NCBI GenBank assembly: GCA_964016885.1
Contig: OZ024743.1
Span: forward strand, 215,016,001-215,080,000
Length of the DNA stretch: 64,000 bases
Direction: 5' to 3'
Source of the DNA: Eledone cirrhosa
Lineage: Eukaryota
Shown: one piece after another, positions 53,609-64,000 of the stretch
Position numbering within the stretch: position 1 is the first letter of the stretch
Layout: the number at the start of each line of letters is the position of its first letter
Program-made: the position numbers and the translations under genes
The notes under the pieces: generated by a model
The model's input: the letters and a program-made list of their open reading frames with translations, nothing else
Told to the model about the DNA's origin: nothing
The model's database searches: none

Positions 53609-56600
53609 ATGACCTCACTCAGAATAGGCAGCATAAATGCGCGTGGCTTGGTGTCGTCATGGAAGCAGAGCCACCTGCCCAACGTCCTCAGGTCACTAAA
53701 CATAGATGTAGTGGCCATCAGCGAAACCAGAATCTCCGAAGAACGGGCCTTTGCACCGATCTTCGGCGGCTACGATGTGTACGCATCTCCCAGCCGTCCC
53801 GGAACGGGGGTGGAGTTGCTGTGCTTTTTCGTAGAGGTTTGTATCTCGCCATACGGGCCATCTTCCTGGACCCAGAAGGTAAGTTGGTGGTGCTAGACGC
53901 GACCAGCGGAGACGGGCAAACTTTCAGGCTAGTGGCCGTCTATGCCCCGACAAAAGGAGGGCGCCCTGATTTCTTCTGGCGTCTGGAGACCTTTCTTGGA
54001 ACGACCCGCTCTTTAGTGTTAGTGGGCGACTGGAACGGGATCTTAGATGCACGCTGGGAGTGTGTGGGATCAGCGGATAGGGGAGGAGGGTACAAGAGCC
54101 TCACCAACATGCTCAGGCATTTTGAACTGTCTAACAGGTACCGATTGGATTTCCCGAATGTGCCAATGTGGACTTGGACAAATCGCATAGGGTCATCCAG
54201 ATCATATCTAGATAGAGTATTTTATAGGGAAATAGATAGGTCTAGCATAGGCTGTCCACAATTCAAGATAGTCAGCTACACGGACCACAAATTCGTGATC
54301 TGAGTGCTTGACTTAGATCGGCTTCATAGACAAGGACCCGGCTACTGGAAGCTAAACGCGTCCTTACCAGCGCGCAATGCCTAGAGAGACCGGATATGCG
54401 AACTAGTTAAGCGGGCGTTGACGGGAGCCATCGTCAACAACAAGTGGTGGTTTGCTCTGAAAAGAGCAATTAGAATAGAGTCCATTATGTTTAGTAAGGC
54501 TTTAGCAATAGAGAAAAATAGAGCAGAGGGAGAATTAGTTAGAAAATTAGACGAGGCGCTTAGCAAAGGCATCGCAACCACTAGGGATGAACTTTAGTGT
54601 TCACCTCGACGGACTGCCGCGGCTCTCAGCCACTGAGGCGGAGCGTTGCGAAATGCCGATACCAGCCGCTTAAGTACGGAAGGCAATGACAGGCTGCACA
54701 AGGGGTAAATCGCCTGGTTTGGATGGTCTGCCATATGAACTTTACGTACAGATGCCAGACTTGTTCGGAGGACTCTTGGCGGACGTCTACTGCAACTGGC
54801 AACAGAACGGGAGAATTCCCAGCTCTGTGAGACGAGGAGCTGTGGCGCTGCTGAGAAAGGATCCGAACAAGGGGGAAAAGATAGATAATTTCAGGCCTAT
54901 AACTTTGCTAAACACAGAGTTTTAGATTTTGGCCAAGGTGCTCGCAAAGAGGTTGGCGGTTGTCGTTGGAAGTCTGGTGGGAGAGGTGCAGACGTGCGCC
55001 ATTCCCGACAGATCCATCCACGACAACCTTCACCTCATGCGAAACATCGTAGAGAGGGTAGCTAGGGAACTTGATACGTGTGGGTCCTTGATCAATTTAG
55101 ATCAGTCGAAAGCTTTCGATAGGGTCTACCATCGTTACCTAGCGGCAGTCCTGAGGGCGGCTGGCTTTGGGCCCGTCTTGAGAGGCTGGATCGCTGCCAT
55201 GCACAGCGACATCTGCTCTGTGGTGAGAGTGAACGGTCACCTTTCGGAACCGTTCAACATCATGCGCTCGGTCCGCCAAGGATGTCCCCTCTCGTCCCTC
55301 TTCTACGTATTGACTCTCGAGCCATTACTGCACAAACTGAAGACGTTGAAGGGGTCCCGCACAAACTAGGATGCGGAAGATCCGTGTCAGCATATGCGGA
55401 CGATGTCACCGTAGTGGTGTCGAACGCCAAACACATCGAGGCAATCGGCACTACACTAAGAGAATACGAAGCGGTTGCAGGAGCAATGATCAACCAGGAA
55501 AAGTCAGTGGGCCTGCAGCTCGGCACCTGGAGTGGCAGGTCAATGCCGTCCAACAGCGTCGCCGGGCGCTGGACGGACGGTCCGGTTAAATTGCTAGGGA
55601 TCTGGTTCGGTCCGGACCTCCAGAGGGACAAAAGCCGGGACGAGGTGACGAGCAGGGTGGCTTCTCTTACCCAGAAATGGGCGGAGAGGAAGTTATCCCT
55701 GAAAGGTCGAGCGTAGGTGGCCAACGCGTACATCGCGTCCGTCATCTACTACACACCTGACCGTCGTACCTTTTCCTTAGCCCCGCCTGACTGCGCTGGA
55801 GCGTTTGCTCTTTCGCTTTTTGTGGAAGGGACGCGCTCCAATCGTCAGGCGGTCCATCTTCTGTCAACACCCGCTACGTGGAGGGCTGGGCATGCCGTGG
55901 ATGATGATGCGCAGACACGCGCTCAGGCTACGACATCTCCACCTCTTCCTCGACGGTGATCAGGTGTGGTCGCCGTTTGCTAGACACGTCTTTCCCCAGC
56001 TCGTCTCCTTGACGGAGCTGCAGTCCTGGGTCAAGCGAAGACTGAGAGGGAGCGCTTGGAGACTGGAATGTCTTCACGCGCTCACAGCCCTCGACCAATC
56101 GGGCAATGTGATCGGTGGAAACTCCACCTTGGCATTCTATAGAGGATTAGTGGAAGGGAAGAGCGACGACGTACTTGGAGAAACTCTAGGCGTCGACGAA
56201 AATCAACTATCCAATCTCTTCGGAAGGACTTTCGGGCCGGAGCCTATGGACAACTTACATGAATCCCTGGCCTGGCAGTGCTACCGAGGAGCTTTGGCAG
56301 TTCGGGATAAAATCTACAGGCATGGAGGTGCCGTCAGCCGGGCATATCCGAGATGGGCGCAGTGCGACGAAACCGTCCTGCACGCACTCGTCCAGTGTCC
56401 GAAAATTGCTGACTTGTGGGTTTATGTCAAACACCTGCTGTCACGTGTAGGACGGACCCAGCTATCAGCTGAGTCCATCGTGAGGATTGCCCCGCCCTCC
56501 TCCTTTAGTCGGGAAGGGCAGGCAGTTTTTATCTGTCAGGTGGCCATGGCGAACGTGATAGTATGGTGGACACGTTTGAAAGGGCTGAAGACGAGCACTT

Positions 56601-56761
56601 ACCTCTTTGGTGATGCCCTGATTAACTTTTTCCAATTTCATTTGAAAAGGAAAATCAGGGTGGAGAGGGAAGTGCTCTCTTCCCAGCATTTTGTTGAAAG
56701 ATGGGTGAGAGAAGCAAGTATGGCCCGAGTGAATGGGCCTACTCTGAGTATGTGTCTTTAA
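53609..56761 (+). pseudogene. LINE ORF2: APE endonuclease + RT + C-terminal Cys/His domain, disrupted
   Basis: GSINARGL, AISETR, VAVYAP, LVGDWN, SYLDRVF, TDHKFV, KSPGLDGLPYELY, NFRPITLLNT, DQSKAFDRV, VRQGCPLS, AYADDV, CDETVLHALVQC. Confidence 0.93.
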
Positions 56762-57884
56762 ATTAAAGGTGAAAAACTGGGACAGGGCACTTGCCCTGGT
56801 GGTCAGGGTCACTGTGGCCTTTTAATGGACTTTCTTCACAAATCTCCTTCGGAAGACTCCCCCCTATTGGGGAATTTTTCATTGTTATTTTTATTACACC
56901 CTCTGTTTTTTTTACACGCAGAAATGCCCATTTGTACCGTCCTGTATTGTCCTGTACTGTCCTTAATGTCTACTTTATGTAAACCCTTGTGGTTAATAAA
57001 GAAAGCATTATTATTATTATTATTCATTGCATGATGGTGTCTTCCGTTAGTAAGAAAAATATTAAAATATATTACATGAATGAGTATATTTACGTTATTT
57101 ATTTTCACCTCTTACTTTTAATTAATAATCGATTTTTAATGTTGCATGTAATACATATTCATACATTGTATATACGTTAAATAAAGAATTGAGAATTTAC
57201 CAAGCACCTAATTGAACGGCTTAATTCTGATTTTCTTATGAAGAAGATTCTTCCTTATGTATATATATTTTGCGAAATGTACAAAATATACTAACGATAT
57301 TGAGTTCTTTAAAATAAATTCGTATTAAAAAAATACATATAGCAACTGTTTCGTTTCATAAACCGTCTGCTGACTTCGTAATAACTAAGTTTCTAAAATA
57401 GTGGAGGTAATATTGCTTATTCATTGGATGGTGCCTGAATTATATAGCTAGATATATTATATTATGAAAATCGCGCCAGATGTCGGTGATATGACTTAAT
57501 GGCTTTGAAAGAAGCAGCGTTTCGGATCAATATTCATGATTTGATGCCTGGGACTTATCAAAATGAAATTTTCACACTGGGAGGCAATGCAAATAAAACA
57601 ATCATAAATAGAAGAAGATACGGTTGTATCTCTACAAAAAAAAGAAAGAATACAAAATAGTCTACATACTAACAATTACATAAAGAATACAAATACCATT
57701 AACTTAGAAACTGATACAAAAAATACAAAAGCCATTAATTAATGAAAATGATGTTGAAGGAAAGTCACAAAGAAGTGTACAATAGGAAATGAATTTGAAT
57801 TTGCACTCAAAATACATATAATAATTGTAATTATTCTGCTATGTCTGATGCAGTTAAACGTTTCAAAATATTAAGTATCAAGTG

Positions 57885-58042
57885 TGTGCTGTGTGAGTGT
57901 TTTTGTCTGTTTGCCCTGTAGGTGTTTTTGTGTATTTGCTGTGTAGGTGTTTTTGTATGTGTGCCGTGTAGGTGTTTTCGTATGTGTGTCGTGTGGCTGT
58001 TTTCGTATGTGTGCCGTGTGGCTGTTTTTGTGTGTGTGCCGA
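57885..58042. repeat. 25-bp minisatellite, about 6 units
   Basis: Unit approximately GTAGGTGTTTTTGTATGTGTGCCGT. Confidence 0.85.
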
Positions 58043-58853
58043 TTGGAAAAAAGATATCGACAGAAAGATAATGATTCAGCGTGTATCTTTTATGGAGATA
58101 TATAAATGTCTGGCACTTCGTAATAGTGAAATGATAACTCTCATTATGCGATATATTCTCTTTTATTTCAGTGTTGTATTTCGTATTAGGTTTGATGGAA
58201 CGGGTGCCAAAATTTGTATTTCGACCCATTACTGATTGCATCTGCCAGAACTCGGATACAATTAGCAATTGATGATATACTTATTATTGTTTTTCGTTAT
58301 ATTCACTTTGTGGTATTTGTAATATAAACGTTTCTATGGCTGATATCATAAAAATCGAAACCTACCGAGGTTTAGATTTTGTGAGAAGGACATTGCAAAA
58401 TAAACCAATTTCGATAGCTGTAGTCTAGCTTTAACCCAAGATAGCCGAATAAGGCTACTGATATATAAAATAGAAATAGATAAGATTCACACAACTTAAA
58501 AACACTCATCTCTCTCAGTCACACACACACACACACTCTCTCTCTATATATGTATAGATATAAATATATTTATATTCACATAATATTGGCGGTTAAGAGA
58601 ATGAGTTACAATGAGTTTTAGATATTTTGTCTGATGTCAAAGTGAAGTTGCAGGCAAAGCTCCATTGTAAGGACCCTGATTTGACCTTCATAAATATATA
58701 TCAGCGTGGCATTGAGCTTCAAAGAAAGGATCAGAATATATTAAAGGAATGAATCGACCATTGCATATATACAGAACATATAATATGTGTGTGTATATAT
58801 ATATATATTTACATATACCTTATACTGCGACAAAACCGTCCGCTTTATACATT

Positions 58854-60128
<1,275 letters not shown>

Positions 60129-60198
60129 TTTACTCTTTTACCTGTTTCAGCCATCCGGCTGAGGCCATGCTGGGGCACCGCCCTTGCTGCTACACATT

Positions 60199-62040
60199 TT
60201 ATCTCCAGCCTGTATAGGTTGGCCACTGGTGTAGGAGGGAGTTTGTTGCTGCTGCCCTTAGGTTTCCCTCGTGTCTTGCTGTGGGCTCATCCGGGATCCT
60301 GGATAACAAGGTGTCGAGATGTTTCTTAAAGACATCCACCTCCACGTCATGCAAGTCTCGCAGATGCCTCGGCAGCCTGTTGAAGAGTTGAGGGCCCTTG
60401 AATCCCAGGCTATTGCAATACCTGCTCCTTATTCTAGATGTGGAAGACGGGACCTTTGGCACCACACAGTGACGTCCTGTTCGACGGTTGGTCCAGCTCC
60501 CAATGCCAAAGTTTGGTGCTAGTCCCTCCAGGATTTTCCACATGTAGATCACTGCGTATCACTCCCGTCTTCGCTCCAAGGAGTAGAGGTTCAGTTCCTT
60601 CAGCCTCTCCCAGTAGCTTGTCTCCCTCATCTTGGCAATCCTCTTGGTGTAGCTTCGCTGGATTGCCTCAAGCTCTGTGGTTAGTTTGACACTATGGGGT
60701 GACCACAGCTGGGAGCAGTAGTCCAGGCGGCTTAGGACAAAAGTCCTCCACAGTGTCAACATGGTGTCTCGATCTCTTGTAAGGAAAGTCCTCAAGATCC
60801 AGCCAGCGAATCGTCTACATGCTGTCGCCACCTTCATGATGTGTGAAGAAAAAGATGCATCATCGCTCATGTCTATGCCCAGGTCTCGTATCGATTTTGA
60901 CACGGGGATATCGGTCCCTCCTGGTCCTGTGTAGCTGTGTTCCGCTATATTTGTGTTTGTGTTTGCAGGTTTGTATTGTAGGGCTTGGAATTTGCCAGCA
61001 TTAAACTGCATGTTGTTTTCTTCCGCCCATCTGTATATGGCATCCAGATCCTGCTGTAAGAGGGCAGCGTCAGCCGGGTTTTTGATTGCCTGTGCTACCT
61101 TAGTGTCATCAGCATAGCTAGTGAGGGATGTTGTTGCATGCACCACAGCGAGAGAGCCACCAAAAACAGTAGTGGTCCCAGGACTGTCCCCTGAGGCACC
61201 CCACTTGTTATCGGTGCTTCCCTCGAGAGGGCCCCATTTGCTGCGACTGCCTGGCTTCTGTCCCTCAGGAAGCCATGCAGCCACTCACCTACTTTTCCAG
61301 TTATGCCGAGTCCGTGTAGTTTGTGACATATCATTCCGTGGTCGACCTTGTCAAAGGCCTTCGCAAAGTCAAGATATATCACGTCTACATGTGAGCTGTC
61401 TAGTAGCTGTCTCAGTACCCAGTCGTAGTGATGTAGCAGCTGTGTAAGGCAGCTTCTTCCTGGGCGGAAGCCATGTTGCGTGCTAGTCAGGCGGTCATTT
61501 TCTTCGAGGAAAGTGATTAGTTTCTTTCTGACGACTCGCTCCATGACCTTACTGATATGCGAACGTCAGGGAGACTGGCCTATAGTTCTTGGCCTCCGCT
61601 CTACTACCTCCTTTATGGATAGGGCATATTGTGCCTTCTTTCAGCTCCCTGGGTAGTACACCGCTAGCCAAGGAGCTTCTGAAGAGCATCTTCAGTGGAG
61701 TTGCTAAGGCCCGCTTACATATTTTTAGGAGAACTGCTGGGAATCCATCAGGTCCAGCAGCCGAGTCTGTTCTAATTTCATCAATGGCGTACACCACATC
61801 CTCCTCCGTTATGTCTATGTGGTTGATGGTTGCCATTTCTTGATGTAGTGTTGTGGCATCAAAGAACTCCTCTGGCTTCGTTATTTGCATGTGCCTCAGT
61901 GGACATGTGAAGACACTTTTGTACTGTTCGTTCAGTATTTCACATATCTCTTGGGGATTTTCGGTTAATGAACCGTCCGTGTGGAAGAGTGGTCCAATCT
62001 TGCAGTGTACTGAGGCAGTTTCTTTTGCAAATTTAAGAAG
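60199..62040 (-). pseudogene. LINE reverse transcriptase domain, frameshifted
   Basis: AAGPDGFP, KNYRPVSLT, QHGFRPGRSCLTQLL, YLDFAKAFDKVDH, SGVPQGTVLGPLLF, SYADDTK, RLDYCSQLWSP. Confidence 0.92.
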
Positions 62041-63752
62041 GCCTTAGGGTTTGTTTTAATGTTTTCTATGGCCCTGTTCTCTTTCCTTGCCCTCTCATTC
62101 TCATGTGAAAGCTTGAGTGCAATCTCGGTGTCAAGTAGTGCACGTTTCAAATAGGATTCCTTCTTGTTTTGGTTTTGTTGACTATTCAACTGGTTTGAGA
62201 GTTTAGTTCTACGTCTCATAAGGATTTTCCTATCTCTGGGAATAAGATTTTTGTGTCTGTTTGCCTCTTTCTCCGGGACACACTTTTTGCATATGGTGTG
62301 TATCGTTGTCATGAAGTGTTGAAATTGTGTGTTAGTGTCCTGTGTGGCGATGTTTGCACTCCATGTTTGCTTCCGGATTTCACTCTTAATCTTCTTCCAG
62401 TCAGCCCCGTAGAAGTTAAGGCTGGATGGCGTCCCGGAGCTTCTTGGTGGTTTTGTCTCTGTTGGTTCTCTTGGACCACATATCATTAGCTCTACCAAGT
62501 TATGATCCGAGAGAATTGTTGGTGTCACCTTTACATTGTGGATGAGCACTTCGTTGTTTGTAAAACAGAGGTCCAGGACATTTTCGCCTCTTGTTGGGAG
62601 GAGTATTGCTTGCTCCATGAACAGCCTGTGTGTGAGGGCCAGCAGGGATTCCGTCTGTCTCTGTTCTATTGACGTCATTCCAGGGAGGAGGTGGCCCTCA
62701 GGCCATTTGACCTTTGGTAGGTTGAAGTCTCCCAGCAGTAGGATGTTGAGACCCTGGTCCAGTTTGTCAAGGACCTCTTCTATCCTACTTAGGCTATCCT
62801 CAAATTTACCCTCATGACTGGGGGCATCGGGCGGCCGATATGTGACACATATTACCGTCTGTAGTTGCTTCATATGTATTATCAGTGTGTCACAGACTGA
62901 GTTTGAATGTGTCAACAGTACAATTGGTGTGACATCTTCACGGATATACAGAGCAACCCCACCATGAGATCTCTCCTTCCTGTCCGAACGAAATACAGTA
63001 TATTTCGGTATATGTATTTCTGCATCTGCTATACTGCTTGTCAGGTGCGTTTCGGTTAGTGCCATGCATAGTGCTTGATTGCTTATGGCTAAGTCTCCCA
63101 GGTAGGAAATTTTACTCATGTTGCTGAATTTCACCAGGCCCCTGACATTCAGCAGCAGCACTGGTGGTGACTTTTGGGGTGCCAGTAATGGCTGTCGGTA
63201 TGACACCTGGTCTGGTGTCAGCGGCGGCCACTCTGGGTCCCTTAACTGCGGTGGTCTCGAGTGCTGGTGTGGATGACCCTGGCTCTGGAGACGATGCAGC
63301 CAGGTCAGCTGTCCCACAATCTTCTCTGCCATCACTAAAAAATTTTTCTGATCTGCTGCTGCCATCTGTATCTCGTCGGCATGTGCGTGCCTTCTCCTTG
63401 TTGGTGCAGCACGCGCGACATCAGCATACTTCTGGAGCGGCTTATTTCGGCTTTGGCTGGGGCATGTTGCGCGAGTATGATGGGCATAGTTCGTTTGAGA
63501 CCTAGGGTGGGCGAATCTGCATCCCATCCCTGTCTCTCCATGCCAGCATGTCCCGTTCTTGAAAAACTTGCACATTACTTGGTGTTTTTTGCTCCCAGTG
63601 TCTCGGTGCTTTCTGTTCTTTCTTTGAACAGTTGTCCACTGGTCCCTTCTGCGCTTGGTTCTCCTTCGGAAGGTGATTTCGCTTTTCACCTTTGCCCTTA
63701 GCTTGTTGGTTGCCCGGCCTGCCCTCCCTGCCTGTAGCGGAGGGTATATCAT
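61965..63752 (-). CDS. 595-aa open frame: CCCH zinc finger region fused to APE endonuclease
   Basis: CKFFKNGTCWHGETGMGCRFAH, then LLNVRGL, ALTETHL, RSDR..GGVALYI, TYRPP, LLGDFN, NVLDLCFTN and SDHNLV. Confidence 0.8.
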   Translation of the reverse strand: MIYPPLQAGRAGRATNKLRAKVKSEITFRRRTKRRRDQWTTVQRKNRKHRDTGSKKHQVMCKFFKNGTCWHGETGMGCRFAHPRSQTNYAHHTRATCPSQSRNKPLQKYADVARAAPTRRRHAHADEIQMAAADQKNFLVMAEKIVGQLTWLHRLQSQGHPHQHSRPPQLRDPEWPPLTPDQVSYRQPLLAPQKSPPVLLLNVRGLVKFSNMSKISYLGDLAISNQALCMALTETHLTSSIADAEIHIPKYTVFRSDRKERSHGGVALYIREDVTPIVLLTHSNSVCDTLIIHMKQLQTVICVTYRPPDAPSHEGKFEDSLSRIEEVLDKLDQGLNILLLGDFNLPKVKWPEGHLLPGMTSIEQRQTESLLALTHRLFMEQAILLPTRGENVLDLCFTNNEVLIHNVKVTPTILSDHNLVELMICGPREPTETKPPRSSGTPSSLNFYGADWKKIKSEIRKQTWSANIATQDTNTQFQHFMTTIHTICKKCVPEKEANRHKNLIPRDRKILMRRRTKLSNQLNSQQNQNKKESYLKRALLDTEIALKLSHENERARKENRAIENIKTNPKAFLNLQKKLPQYTARLDHSSTRTVH

Positions 63753-63827
63753 TTTCTTCCATATCCCTGAAATATATATAGTAAAATAAATATGGTTTTA
63801 TAAATATAATTTCCATTTATTTAATAT

Positions 63828-63856
63828 CGTATATATATATATATATATATATATTC

Positions 63857-63925
<69 letters not shown>

Positions 63926-63990
63926 TATATATATATATATTCATATATATATATATATATATATATTCATATATATATATATTCATATAT
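63828..63990. repeat. (AT)n with TTC interruptions
   Basis: Direct inspection. Confidence 0.95.
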
Positions 63991-64000
63991 CATCATCATC

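Larger units (their letters stand above)
51655..57024 (+). mobile_element. Tx1/L1-clade LINE (copy B), near full length, defective
   Basis: ORF1, ORF2, 3' UTR with AATAAA, and a (TTA)n tail. Confidence 0.9.

Noticed and set aside
57885-58042. Periodic repeat considered as a CRISPR-like array
   Set aside because: The 25-bp units are contiguous with no unique spacers, and the context is eukaryotic.

Overview
Eukaryotic, AT-rich, repeat-dominated DNA with no recognisable host gene exon. The tRNA-derived SINE family, the LINE 3' tail and the huge (AT)n tracts suggest an octopod cephalopod (inference). Contents: a nearly complete, frameshifted Naiad-type Penelope-like element (PLE; RT plus GIY-YIG, with direct and inverted pseudo-LTRs), several truncated PLEs, a DD37D/maT transposon, a Tx1/L1-type LINE with a duplicated ORF1 region, a CR1-group LINE, two CRE-type remnants, an RTE fragment, about ten SINE copies or fragments and many microsatellites. 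The most notable signal is a dozen or more type I hammerhead-ribozyme (HHR) motifs from at least seven unrelated repeat families, found by eye on both strands. Most lie in fold-back insertions embedded in (AT)n. One family has a full-stem HHR with the compensatory U3-A8 core, and its four copies share a fixed inverted-arm endpoint. All coordinates and structures were read by eye and are approximate.
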